Assembly (NCBI GenBank): GCA_017482345.1
Contig: JAFUNB010000011.1
Span: 2,952-66,951 of the forward strand
Origin: Oscillibacter sp.
GTDB lineage: Bacteria > Bacillota > Clostridia > Oscillospirales > Oscillospiraceae
Direction of reading: 5' to 3'
Length of the DNA: 64,000 bases
Shown here: in pieces, positions 38,543 through 51,300 of the stretch
Layout of the letters: each line of letters opens with the position of its first letter
How positions within the stretch are numbered: the stretch's first letter is position 1
Position numbers and translations under genes: made by a program
The notes under the pieces: model-generated
Database searches by the model: none
Seen by the model: the letters and a program-made list of their open reading frames with translations, nothing else
Told to the model about the DNA's origin: nothing

Positions 38543-39640
38543 ATGAAACAAGTGTATAAACGCTGGGTCTGCGGCGTTCTGGGCGGCATGTTGCTGCTGC
38601 TGATCGGCTGCGCCGCCGTAGTGTGGTACGTGGACCCCTGCCTGTACTACCGGATGCCGGATAAATGGGAGCCTGTGTTCTTCAGCGAGCGCTATCAGGG
38701 CGCCGGCCTTGCCAAAAACGTGTCTGCCGACACGGTGCTGGTGGGCACCTCCATGGCCGCCAACTACCGTGCAAGCGAGATCGGGGAGACCTTCGGCGGC
38801 AGCGCCGTCCGGGTCACCATTCCCGACGGCTACTTGAGCGAGTTCGACAAGGTCATGGATGTCACCTTCCGCAACCAGACCCCGGAGCGGGTGGTGTTCA
38901 TCCTGGATCTGAACATCCTCGTCCGTGACGAGAGCGGCGTCACCGACGCCATGCCGGAATACCTATACAATAGTAATATCATCGACGACGCCAAGTATCT
39001 CCTGAATAAGGATACTCTGTATTACAGCTTTTACGTCCTCATGGCCAACGGCTGGGGCGGCGGCCAGTCTCTGGACGACAGCTTCACCTGGGACGAGGGC
39101 ATCTGGTGGAACCACATGACAGCGCTGGAGAACTATCCCCGCCCGGAGCCGGTAACGGAGCCGCTGCCTTATGACGCCTACCGCATGACCGCGGGTGCCA
39201 ATCTGGCGGTGGTGGAGCAGTGGGTCCAGCAGCACCCCGAGATCCAGTTCGACATCGTCATCCCGCCCTACAGCATCCTGTTCTGGGACAAAACCGCCCG
39301 CCTGGGCCAGACGGAGGCCATGCTGTACGCCCTGCGGCAGGCGGCGGTGGAGCTGCTGCCCAATGAAAACGTGAAGCTCTATCCCTATCTGCTGGATACG
39401 GAAATCGTGGAGAATCTGGATAACTACTGCGACTATGTTCATCACTCCGGCGATGTGTGCGGCGTGGTGCTGGACAAGATCGCCGCGGGAGAGGGCCAAC
39501 TGACCCGAGAAAATATGGAGGAGACCCTCGCCAACTGGCATGCGTTTGTGGTAAACTATGACTACGAAAAATTCTGGGATGAACACTTCTGGTGGGCCTG
39601 GAATGAAACCCACCCCGGCGTGCCGGCGGAAACGGCTTAA
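38543..39640 (+). CDS. Membrane-anchored SGNH-like protein, likely MBOAT partner
   Basis: N-terminal TM + VDP, GTSM block-I-like motif, DYVH (DxxH) motif. Confidence 0.6.
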   Translation: MKQVYKRWVCGVLGGMLLLLIGCAAVVWYVDPCLYYRMPDKWEPVFFSERYQGAGLAKNVSADTVLVGTSMAANYRASEIGETFGGSAVRVTIPDGYLSEFDKVMDVTFRNQTPERVVFILDLNILVRDESGVTDAMPEYLYNSNIIDDAKYLLNKDTLYYSFYVLMANGWGGGQSLDDSFTWDEGIWWNHMTALENYPRPEPVTEPLPYDAYRMTAGANLAVVEQWVQQHPEIQFDIVIPPYSILFWDKTARLGQTEAMLYALRQAAVELLPNENVKLYPYLLDTEIVENLDNYCDYVHHSGDVCGVVLDKIAAGEGQLTRENMEETLANWHAFVVNYDYEKFWDEHFWWAWNETHPGVPAETA

Positions 39641-39679
39641 CCGCGTAATTTTTTAACCCCCAACGGAGGTTTATCGCAT

Positions 39680-41485
39680 ATGATCAAACAGGAAAACATT
39701 CGAAATTTTTCCATCATCGCCCACATTGACCACGGCAAATCCACCCTGTCCGACCGCATGATCGAGATCTGCGGCGCGGTGGAGAAGCGGCAGATGGAAT
39801 CCCAGATCCTGGACAACATGGATCTGGAGAAGGAGCGCGGCATCACCATCAAGGCCCGCGCCGTCCGTATGGACTACAAGGCCAAGGACGGGGAGACCTA
39901 TGTCCTGAACCTGATCGACACCCCGGGCCATGTGGACTTCAACTACGAGGTCAGCCGCTCTCTGGCCGCCTGCGAGGGCGCCGTTCTGGTGGTGGACGCC
40001 ACCCAGGGCGTGGAGGCCCAGACCCTGGCCAACACCTATCTTGCCATGGAACATGAGCTGGAGATCCTGCCGGTGTTCAACAAGATCGACCTGCCCGCCG
40101 CCGATCCCCACATGGCCAAGCAGGCCGTGGAGGACATCATCGGCCTGCCCGCCATGGACGCACCGGAGATCTCCGCAAAAATGGGCATCAACATCGAGGA
40201 TGTGCTGGAGGATATCGTGCAGAACGTGCCCGCCCCCACCGGCGATGTGAACGCTCCCCTGAAGGCCCTGATCTTCGACAGCCAGTATGACAGCTACCGC
40301 GGCGTCATCGTCTACATGCGCCTGATGGAGGGCAGCCTTTGTCCCGGCCAGCAGGTGAAGATGATGGCCTCCGGCGCCACCTATCAGGTTATCGAGTGCG
40401 GCCATCTGCTGCCCCTGGGCATGCAGCCCTGCGATAAGCTGGAGGCCGGCGAGGTGGGCTATTTTACCGCCTCCATCAAAAACGTGCAGGACACCCGGGT
40501 GGGCGACACCGTCACCGACGCCGCCACTCCCGCCGCCGAGGCGCTGCCCGGCTACCGCCCCGTGCAGGCCATGGTCTACTGCGGTATCTACACCGAGGAC
40601 GGCAGCAAGTACCCTGACCTGCGTGACGCGCTGGAGAAGCTCCAGCTGAACGACGCCTCCCTGAGCTTCGAGCCGGAATCCTCCGTGGCGCTGGGCTTCG
40701 GTTTCCGCTGCGGCTTCCTGGGCATGCTCCACATGGAGGTCATTCAGGAGCGCCTGGAGCGTGAGTTCAATCTGGATCTGGTCACCACGCTGCCCTCCGT
40801 TATTTATAATGTATATAAGAACGACGGCACGGTGGTCCGCGTGGACAACCCCCACAACTATCCCGACCCCACCCATATCGAGCACGCCGAGGAGCCTTAC
40901 GTCAAGGTGTCCATCATCGCCCCCAACGAGTATGTGGGCAACATCATGCCCATGTGCCAGGAGCGTCGGGGCGAATTCAAGGATATGCAGTATCTGGACA
41001 CCCGTCTGGTGGAGCTGCACTATCTGATGCCCCTCAACGAGATCATCTACGATTTCTTTGATACCCTCAAGGCCAACACCAAGGGCTACGCCTCTCTGGA
41101 CTATGAGCTGTCCGGCTACCGGCCCAGCGAGCTGGTGAAGGTGGACCTGCGCCTCAACGGCGAAGGCGTGGATGCCCTCAGCTTCATCGCCCACAAGGAC
41201 AAGGCCTATCCCCGTGCCCGTAAGCTGTGCGAAAAGCTGAAGGAGAACATTCCCAGACAGCTGTTTGAGATCCCCGTCCAGGCGGCCATCGGCGGCAAGG
41301 TCATTGCCCGCGAGACCGTCAAGGCCATGCGCAAGGACGTTCTGGCCAAGTGCTACGGCGGCGATATCACCCGAAAGAAGAAGCTGCTGGAAAAGCAGAA
41401 AGAGGGCAAAAAGAAAATGCGCAGCCTTGGCAGTGTGCAGCTGCCCACGGAGGCCTTCCTGGCTGTCCTCAAGCTGGACGAATAA
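39680..41485 (+). CDS. lepA: Elongation factor 4
   Basis: [47 protein letters not shown]. Confidence 0.98.
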   Translation: MIKQENIRNFSIIAHIDHGKSTLSDRMIEICGAVEKRQMESQILDNMDLEKERGITIKARAVRMDYKAKDGETYVLNLIDTPGHVDFNYEVSRSLAACEGAVLVVDATQGVEAQTLANTYLAMEHELEILPVFNKIDLPAADPHMAKQAVEDIIGLPAMDAPEISAKMGINIEDVLEDIVQNVPAPTGDVNAPLKALIFDSQYDSYRGVIVYMRLMEGSLCPGQQVKMMASGATYQVIECGHLLPLGMQPCDKLEAGEVGYFTASIKNVQDTRVGDTVTDAATPAAEALPGYRPVQAMVYCGIYTEDGSKYPDLRDALEKLQLNDASLSFEPESSVALGFGFRCGFLGMLHMEVIQERLEREFNLDLVTTLPSVIYNVYKNDGTVVRVDNPHNYPDPTHIEHAEEPYVKVSIIAPNEYVGNIMPMCQERRGEFKDMQYLDTRLVELHYLMPLNEIIYDFFDTLKANTKGYASLDYELSGYRPSELVKVDLRLNGEGVDALSFIAHKDKAYPRARKLCEKLKENIPRQLFEIPVQAAIGGKVIARETVKAMRKDVLAKCYGGDITRKKKLLEKQKEGKKKMRSLGSVQLPTEAFLAVLKLDE

Positions 41486-41498
41486 AAACGTTACAAAC

Positions 41499-41534
41499 AA
41501 ACCGCCCTGCAGGCATGCCTGCAGGGCGGTTTTT
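41499..41534 (+). terminator. Intrinsic terminator
   Basis: aaaccgccctgcagg-catg-cctgcagggcggttt followed by T. Confidence 0.85.
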
Positions 41535-41704
41535 CTGTCAAAAACACATGTGTTTGTAAGATGTGCACAAAAGATCAGTGAAAATGTTGGCAATTATTTT
41601 TCTGGAAAATGAAGGGCGACGTGGCAAATGTAACCGAACGCGTAACGCACCTCCGCTATAATACAGCCATAATCAAGAAATGCCCGGTGGAAAGGAGGCT
41701 TTCG

Positions 41705-42145
41705 ATGCAGGAACGAGTAACAGGAAACGAGTACCGCACCAGCATTGTCTGCGTGGACTCGTATGACTCACAGATCATGTCCGGCAGGATCTGTAACCAG
41801 TTTTGCGATGGGATCGGCTTTCACAGCACCATAGATTTCCTGGAGCGAATGGAGGAACTTCTGGATTCCATGCGATGTCCGCAACCGTTCATGAGGGCAA
41901 GAAGTATTTCGGAGCCGCCCAGCAGGCCGGTGCCGAGCCCCATTGATGTGCGGACACAGGAAGGCACCTGCGCCACCTTCGCCATCCGGATCATGTTCCG
42001 GCAGAACGCCAGCTGGCAGGGAACCGTGAGCTGGCTGGAGGGCGAGCGGACGGAGAACTTCCGAAGCGCGCTGGAGCTGCTGCTCCTGATGGACGGCGTG
42101 CTGACCGCCTGTACCAAAGAGCTGGAACCCGCAAATGTGATCTGA
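41705..42145 (+). CDS. Hypothetical protein (FRQNASWQG...FRSALEL) upstream of riboswitch and adhesin
   Basis: AGGAGG RBS, 146-aa ORF, TATAAT upstream at ~41657. Confidence 0.75.
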   Translation: MQERVTGNEYRTSIVCVDSYDSQIMSGRICNQFCDGIGFHSTIDFLERMEELLDSMRCPQPFMRARSISEPPSRPVPSPIDVRTQEGTCATFAIRIMFRQNASWQGTVSWLEGERTENFRSALELLLLMDGVLTACTKELEPANVI

Positions 42146-42182
42146 GTAAAAAACAATTCATATAAAACGTCTGGAACAACTG

Positions 42183-42266
42183 TAAAATGGCAAACCACGG
42201 GAAACCGTGGGACGCAAAGCCAGGGAGCTAAGGTGCCGATGGGCACTATGCCAGCCCGGCCGCCGG
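42183..42266 (+). ncRNA. c-di-GMP-I (GEMM) riboswitch
   Basis: GGCAAACC-ACGG-GAAA-CCGT-GG-GACGCAAAGCC, then CTAAG...TATG tetraloop receptor and CAGCC; in the 5' leader of the adhesin. Confidence 0.92.
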
Positions 42267-42300
42267 TTTTCATTTCGTGCAAAACGAAAGGAGAACAACT

Positions 42301-45300
42301 ATGGAAAACGTGATGAGCAAGGAGACACGCCGCATCGGTAAGCGGACGCTGGCAATGTTCATGGCAATCGTCATGTGCCTGAGCCTGCTTCCCGTCAACG
42401 CCCTGGCCAGAAACAAGGACGTTGAGCTGGTGGTGGGTGAGACCGTGAAGCTGTCCGGCATCGCCAGCAGCGACAACGGCGAGCACGAGTGGTCCGTCGA
42501 GGACGAGAGCATCGTCTCTGTGGAAGACGGTTACGTCACCGGCCTGAAGGCCGGTAAGACCACCGTGACCCACGGCTACTATGTGGAGATCGAAGAGGAG
42601 ATCGAGGAGGTCGCCGAGGCCCCCGTCGAAGATCCTTCTGAGGATCCCGCTGAAGAGCCCGAGGTTCCCGCCGAAGAGCCCGAGGTTCCCGCCGAAGAGC
42701 CCGAAGCCCCCGCCGAAGAGCCCGAGGCCCCCGCCGAAGAGCCCGAAGCTCCCGCCGAAGAGCCCGAGGCCCCCGCCGAAGAGCCCGAGGCTCCCGCCGA
42801 AGAACCCGAGGCCCCCGCCGAAGAGCCCGAGACTCCCGCCGAAGAGCCCGAGACTCCCGCCGAAGAGCCCGAAGCTCCCGCTGAAGAGCCCGAGGCTCCC
42901 GCCGAAGAGCCCGAGGCCCCCGCCGAAGAGCCCGAGGCCCCCGCCGAAGAGCCCGAGACTCCCGCCGAAGAGCCCGAGGCTCCCGCCGAAGAGCCTGAAG
43001 CTCCCGCCGAAGAGCCCAAAGCTTCTGAGCCTGTTGATTTGGGCACCGAAAGCCTGATTCTGAACAGCCCTGCTGAGGACGAGGTCCCCGCCGAGGAGGC
43101 CGAAGCCCCCGTCGAAGAGCCCGAAGCTCCCGCCGAGGAGCCCGAAGCTCCCGCCGAAGAGCCCGAAGCTCCCGCCGATGAGCCTGAGGCCCCCGCCGAG
43201 GAACCTGAAGCTCCCGCCGAGGATCCCGAAGCTTCCGCTGAAGAGCCTGAAGCCCCCGCAGAGGACCCCGTTGAAGAGCCCGCTGAGGAAGACGATGATG
43301 ACGAGCGTTCTTCCGGCAGCAGCAAGCATCTGGTTTATTGCGAAGAGACCTGGACCGTGGTCGTCACCGACCCCGGCGCCATCACCGGCGAGGAGACCCA
43401 CGAGGGCGTCACCGTCACCGTCAACGCTCCCTCCGGCGCCTTCCCCGAAGGCACCGAGCTGAATATCGCTCCCGTTGAAAAGGAAGAGCCTTCTCTGGAC
43501 GAGCAGATCTTTAACTTCTTCGATAAGCTGCTCGGCAATGCCGCCGAGATGGCCCAGTCCGCCCAGGAAATCGAGGATCCCATGGAGGCCGTCCGCTCTC
43601 TGCTGACCGAGACCTTCGAGGAGATCGAGGAAGAGTCCAACATGGTGGCCTTCGACATCACCTTCACCGATCCCGCCACCGGCGAGGAGCTGCAGCCCGC
43701 CGACGGCAAGACCGTCGACGTGGAGTTCACCGTTGCCGAGGATTCTGCCCTGCTGGCCGACGGTCCCGCCGCCCTGCAGGTCTACCACATCGGTGACGAC
43801 GGCGCCGAGACCATCGGCGAGGAAGTCCTGACCATTCCCGGCGAGGACGTGACCCTGGCAGTTGAGGCTGAGAGCTTCTCTGTCTATGTGGTTACGAATC
43901 TGGGCAGCACCAGTGGCGCACAGGTACTGACTGGCACCTATACGATGCAGGTTGGTGAGACTCTGTATGTCTATGCAAGCAACGCCGAAAGCGATAAGGG
44001 AAGCTGGTCCTCTTCCGATTCTGCAATTGCGACCGTCGAGCGATACAGAGAAGATAACCGTCGGTACGCGACGATCACAGCAGTTGCTCCTGGTACAGTT
44101 ACAATCTCTTACTCCAGAGGTGACCAGGTTCGGGATTCCGCTACGATCCTTGTTGAAGCGCCCAAAGGCTATGTCCCTGTGACAGTTAATGTCAAATACG
44201 CCTCCGGCAGCAACGTCAACGGTGCAAGTGTAGCGCTGGTGGACGCCGAGGGCAACACCTACAGAGGCACCACCAACAGCTCCGGTGTGGCCACCATCTA
44301 TGTGCCCGCTTATGGTGAATACGAGATTTCTGCCACCTATACCTATGAAAATCATGGCAATACTACCACTTATGCATATTCCGGTGAGTACAATTTCGTT
44401 GAAGGTGCGACCTCTACCACCATTGTTCTGGAGGAGATTGACACATACGCACACCTGAACATTCGTGTAGCTACTGCCACCACTGGTGAAAGCACAACGA
44501 TGACGGTTGACTCTATCGTGAACAATCAGGTTGTTGTTGTGAACGGTGCCAGCAAGGAAACCGTATCTGTAAGCAAGAACGGCGACTATGAGTGGCGCAA
44601 TATGGACGTTAAGCCGACTGAAGACACAGTGTTCCAGTTCTCTGTCGTTATGAGCGATAAAAAGACGTATAGTATCGAATTGAGCTCGGATGACGTGTAT
44701 CCCGCTAACACCTGGTTTAATGATAACAGTGAGGGCGGTCTGGACTCTTTGGCCACCTATCTGGGTGTCAAGGTCGACGAGAGTAAAGGCGTAAATATTT
44801 CTGGATTGTCTGTATTCCTGGTTGCCAGCTTGGTTTGTGGTGCAGTTGGCGAAGTAACGGAAGGCAACATTGGCAGCTACGGCGGCCTGGACTTCGTTCT
44901 GAACATTGCTACCATTTTGAAGAACGCCACCAACGTGGTTCAGGGAACCAAGACGCTGGAAGGAAGAGAACTGACTGCAAACGAGTTCGAATTCCAGATT
45001 GATGAATACACGAGCAATTGGGCTGAAATCAAGACGGACGGTTATTCTGAGACCATTAAGAATAAAGCAGACGGCATTGTGATGTTCTCTGCACTGTCTT
45101 ATAGCCAGGCTGGTACCTACTATTACACGGTAAAAGAAGTTGCGCCTGGTACTCCTGAGAGCGGAATGAGCTATGACACCACCGTTTATCGTATTAAACA
45201 TGTGGTCGAAGCATCGTCTTCTACCAGCGGCAGCGGCACAACGACCCAGACGTTTACAGTTGACCAGACTGTTTACAAGCAGGTAAATGGCAGTTGGACG

Positions 45301-48300
45301 GAAGTGGATGCGATCACCTTCGCCAACACGTACAACCCCACCACCAACTACACCTTCTCCAAGGTCTGGAACGGCACCCCCGAGTCCAGCATCTCCGTGA
45401 CCCTGACCGACGGCACCGACAGCTACGGCCCTATCGTGGTGAACGCCGCCTCCGGCACTTCTGGCGGTTATGACTACGCAGTCACCGGCTACGGTACCCG
45501 CAACTGGAGCATCACCGTTTCCGGTCTGCCCAGCGGCAAGACCTACTCCGTGGCCAGCGAAAATACCATCGGCAGCTATACCGTGACCAACAACAAGGCC
45601 GTCATCGACGACGCCAACTACTGGGTGTCCGCCATCAGCGGCAATACCATCACCAACACCCGCTACAACGTGGTGGAAAACCAGGGCGCCGGCAGCCTGA
45701 CGATCAACAAGAGCGATGCCGCCGGCCCGCTGTCCGGTGTCAGCTTCACCCTCAACGGCGTGACCAAGGCCACCGACAGCGACGGCAAGGTGACGTTTAC
45801 CGACATCCCCGTCGGCACCTACGAGCTGACCGAGACTGCTCCCACCGGCTACATTGCCGCCGGTTCCTGGACCGTCATCGTCAGCAAGGTGGCAGACACC
45901 ACCGCTGACCAGACCACCAACGACGACGGCAGCATCACCCTGACCTATAACCACACTGCCTCTGTTGCAGTTACCGGCGAGACCCTGCAGAATGGCGCGC
46001 TGTCTGTCCTCAACGTCTCCCAGACCCGCGACGTGACCGTCACCAAGGTTTGGAGCGACGCCAACAACCAGGACGGCAAGCGTCCTGCCAGCATTCAGGT
46101 TCAGCTGAAGGCCAATGGTGTCAACAGCGGCGCGCCCATCACCCTGAACGCTGACAACAACTGGACTTATACCTGGACCGGCCTGGCCAAGATGGCCGCC
46201 GGCGAGGAGATCCAGTACACCGTGGTCGAGAGCGGTGTGCCCACTGATTACACCTCCTCCACTTCCGGCGACATGGACACCGGCTTCACCATCACCAACA
46301 GCTACGCCCCTGAGCAGACTTCCGTGTCTGTCAGCAAGGCGTGGGATGACGCCAACAACCAGGACGGCATCCGCCCCGCCAGCGTCACCGTTCAGCTGAA
46401 GGCCAACAACGTTGCCAGCGGTGATCCCGTCACCCTGAGCGCCGCCAACAACTGGGGCCACACCTGGAGCGGCCTGAATAAGATGGCCAATGGCGCAGAG
46501 ATCATCTATACCGTGGCAGAGACTTCCGAGCACGATGGCTATGAGATGGCCTCCATCACCGGCAATGCCGCCGACGGCTACACCATCACCAACAGCCACA
46601 CGCCCGCCGTGACCTCCGTGTCCGTCACCAAGGTCTGGAACGACGCCGAGAACCAGGACGGCATCCGTCCCGCCAGCGTTCAGGTCCAGCTGAAGGCCAA
46701 CGGCGAACCCGAGGGCAACCCCGTTACTCTGAGCACCACCCTGACCCACACCTGGAACAACCTGCCCGTCAACGAGAACGGCGAGGAGATCGACTACACC
46801 GTGGAAGAGGTCGCTGTTCCTAGCGGTTACACCAAGGCCGTTACCGGCAGTGCCGAGAATGGCTACACCATCACCAACACCCACGTTCCCGCCAAGACCT
46901 CCGTGTCCGTCACCAAGGTCTGGGAGGATAACAACAATGAGGCCGGCAGCCGTCCTGCCAGCGTCACCGTTCAGCTGAAGGCTGGCACCGTCAACAGCGG
47001 CGCAGCCGTTACCCTGAACGCTGACAATCAGTGGACCTACACCTGGACGGATCTGGATGTGTACGCCAATGGCGCGGAGATCGCCTACTCTGTGGATGAG
47101 ACTTCTGTCCCCACCGGTTATGAGAAGACTTCCGTCACCGGCGACGCCTCCACCGGCTACACCATCACCAACACCCTCAAGCGCGATGGCTTCACCGTCA
47201 ATAAGGTGGACGCCAACGGCGGCGCGGCTCTGGAAGGCGCAGTCTTCACCCTGACCAACAGTGTCAACGGCAAGACCTACACCGCTACCTCCGCTGCCAA
47301 TGGTGAGGCTGCCTTCGAGAACATCCCCTACGGCACTTACACCCTGGTGGAGACCACCGCTCCCGCCAACTATGTGGCTTCCGGTACCATCTGGTCCGTC
47401 GTTATCGACGGCAACGGTGTGACCATCACCAAGCAGGCCACTGCCGTCCAGAAGCTGGTGAGCTTCTTCTCCGCCGGCAGCGATGATTTTGTCATCAACG
47501 GCGAGACCCTGACCGTGAAGAACACCCACGAGGTTGGCACTCTGACCATCGAGAAGGACGCCACTCCCGCAGGTGAGATCTCCGGCAGCTTCACCTTCAC
47601 CGTCTACTCCGACGCAGCCGGCACTCAGGTGGTTGACACGATCACCGTCACCGCCAACGGCAGCGCCAGCAGCGCCATGACGCTGGATACCGGCGTCTAC
47701 TACGTGAAGGAGACCGCTCTGGCTGACCAGACCAACTACGACCTCAGCGGCACCACCTACACCGTGAACGGCACCTCCGTCAGCGCCGAAAACGGCCTGA
47801 TTCCCGTGACCGTCACCGCAAACGCCACCGCCGCCGTGGTCTGCACCAACGCTTACACCATCAAGACCGGCAACCTGGTCATCGGCAAGAGCGTCAGCGG
47901 CATCGAGACCGACGAGGTCTTCGAGATCGTTGTCACCCTGGGCGACGGCTCCGGCAGCGCTGTCAGCGTGGCAGCCGGCGAGACCAAGGCCTACACCGCC
48001 AACGGCATGTACACCTTCGCTCTGGCTCACGACGAGACCGCAACCATCACCGGTATCCCCTACACCACCGCCTACACCGTGGTGGAGAACAAGTCCGACG
48101 ACTTCAGCTATGTGGTCACCGGCGAAGTCAGCGCCAACGACGGCCTGACCATCAACGCTCCCAGCACCACCAAGATCGTTGGCAACGAGTATGTGACCAG
48201 CGGCTTCGTGGTGGAGAAGGAAGACGAGAACGGCAACGGCCTGGCCGGCGCAGAGTTCACTCTGTACACCGACGCCGCCTGCACCGCGCAGTACGGTACC

Positions 48301-51300
48301 GCCGTGTACACCACCGACGCCAACGGCTTCGTGCTCATCGACAATCTGCCTGAGGGCACCTACTACCTGAAGGAGACCGACGCTCCCGCCAACTATCTGG
48401 CCGGGGAGAACCCTGTCTGGCAGATCCGCGTGGATGCTGAGCAGACCAACGTGACCGAGGTCACCGTTGAGGAGGACACCAGCTCTGATAACATCTTCGC
48501 CAAATTCGTCAAGACCATCATCACCTTCTTCAAGGGCAGCCACAGCAGCTTCTCCGTTGCCGAGCAGGACGTGACCTTCGCGGACGGTTCTCAGCTGAAG
48601 ACCGCAGTCCTGACCGTCGAGAACACCCTGATCGACTACAGCCTGACCATTTCCAAGTCCGTCACCGGCGCCGCCACCAACCGCAGCTACAAGTTCAACG
48701 TGTATGCCGCCACCGCCAACGGCGAGAAGGGCGAGCTGGTTGCTGAGAACGTTGCAGTTGCCGCTGGCTCCTCTGTGACCCTGTCCAATAAGCCCGCCGA
48801 CGGTGAGATCTCTGCTCCCAAGCTGGTTGCAGGCACCTACATCGTGGAAGAGGTCACCTCCGACGTGGCCGTGGCCAACTACACCTGGACCGGCGTGACC
48901 TTCGACAGCAGCACCGCAGTCCTGACCGAGACCCAGCGCACTGCCAGCGTGGCTGCTGAGAACAGCTACACCCGCGACATGGCTACTCTGATCGTCACCA
49001 AGTCCTTCAGCGGCCCCGAGGCTCTGGACGATGAATTCCAGATCTCTGTCAAGGAAGGCACTGTGGATTATGCCACCCTGACCGTGGCCACCGCCACCGG
49101 CACCGGCACGGCCGAGGATCCCTACACCTGGCAGATCAGCGTCAAGACCAACGTGGCCTATAACGTCAGCGAGTCCAACTATGATCAGGTGGGTGACTGG
49201 AGCTGGACTTCCGGCACTGTTTCCGGCTCTGCCACCGTCACCGAAAAGAACGGCAGCAAGACCGTGGCTCTGAACAACGTCTACGCACACGATCAGGCCG
49301 GCTTGACCATCACCAAGGACGTCACCGGCGTTCTGAGCGAGACCAATGTGGGCCGCACCTTCGAGTTCAAGGTCTACAAGGCCGGTGACCGCACCACCGA
49401 GATCGCCACCGTGACTCTGCCCGAGAACGGTAACTGGAGCAAGACCATCTCTGTTGACAACAACACCTCCTACGAGATCGTGGAGACCGACGGTGCCGTT
49501 TCCGGCTACGTCTGGACCGTTGCCAACAAGACTGTCAGCGCCGATGTCCCCGTTACCGGCAGCGCCACCGCCGCTTTCGTCAACAACTATGAGAAGGACT
49601 TCAACGACGGCAATGACGTCATCATCGGCGACAGCTTCGCCATCAGCAAGACCGACGGCACCAACGCCCTGGCCGGCGTACAGTTCGCCCTGACCGACGG
49701 CGACACCGAGATCTGGAACGGCACCAGCGATTCCAACGGCGCTGTGACCGTCGTCATCGAGAACTCCGACATCGTGGGCGCCAAGGCAGAGACCGGTGCT
49801 ACCAAGACCTACACCCTGACCGAGACTGCTCCCGAGGGTTATGTGGGCGCAGGCCCCTGGACCGTGACTCTGACCTGCAGCAAGGCTGAGTCCCAGCAGC
49901 AGGCAGAATCCGGTAAGTTCTATCACATCTACACCTGGACCGTGACCTCCGTCACCGACGCCAAGGGCGAGCAGCTGGGCGAGAACGGCATCACCGTGGT
50001 CAACAACCTGATCATGGGCACCATCACCGTCAATAAGCTCGTGAACGGCCTGCCCGAGGACGTGAAGAACGCCAACGAGTACACCTTCAGCGTGTACAAC
50101 GCCAACGAGGATCTGGTGGACACCCTGACTGTCAACGCTGACAGCGGCTGGGCCGATACCACCATCAGCCTGCCTTACGGTGAGTACACCATCCAGGAGT
50201 CCAACCCCGGTAATGAGACCGGCTACACCTGGTCCGGCGTGCGCTTTGACCAGCAGACCGTCAGCATCGCCTCTCAGGGTCAGCAGATCGAAGTCACCGC
50301 CACCAACACCTACACCCGCGACCTGGGCGACCTGACCGTTTCCAAGACCGTCAAGATCGACGCTCTGGCAGCCGCCAAGGTCTCCGGCAAGACTTACGAG
50401 CTGACCATCGCCGGCCCCGCTGACGCCAACGGCGCGTACAGCATCGGCGGCGAGGAGACTGTCACCTTCGAGAACGGCGTGGCAGCCATTACCCTGACTG
50501 ACGGCGAGAGCATCACCATCGAAAACCTGCCCACCGGCGATTACACCGTCACCGAGGGCGACGCCAATGTGGACGGTCTGAACCTGGCCGTGACCGGCTC
50601 CGTCAACGGCGGCGATGCCGCAGTGGCTGACAATGGCCTGAACGTTTCCGTCAACAAGGACGCAGCTTCCACCGTGGCAGTCACCAACACCTATACCCTG
50701 GGCTCCGACCAGGATACCGCCCGCTTCACCATCAGCAAGAAGAACAGCGATACCAACGCAGCCCTCTCCGGCGTCGTCTTCACCCTGTACAGCGACGCTG
50801 AGTGCACCAAGCCCGTGGCCGGCATGACCAAGACCACCGACGACAACGGTCAGGCCGAGTTCGTCCTGGGCGACGAGCTGCTGAATGGCGAGAGCGCCAC
50901 CTTCTATCTGAAGGAGACCGTCCCCGCCGGTTACGTGGACAACGGCACCAAGTGGCAGATCGAGATCAGCAAGACCGACGCCGACGGCAACTACTCCGTG
51001 GAGCTGAGCCGCATCGAGTCCGGCCTGTTCTACAAGCTGTATCATTGGTTCGTCAGCATCGTCAACAAGAACGCTGTCTGGACCGAGAACACCCTGGTCA
51101 TCTCCAACGAGCCCATCGACTACACCATCAACGTGGTGAAGGTTGACGAGAACGGCGCTGCCCTGGCCGGCTCCGCCTTCAGCCTGAACGACACCGCTAT
51201 GACGGCTGTCTCCGGCACCGACAACCAGTTCACCGCCACCGTCAACTACACCGTCACTCCCCAGCTGACCGTGTCCGAGACCACCGTTCCCACCGGCTAC

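Noticed and set aside
42646-43290. Regular short repeats as a possible CRISPR array
   Set aside because: Head-to-tail 21-bp units without unique spacers, in frame within a CDS; no cas genes.
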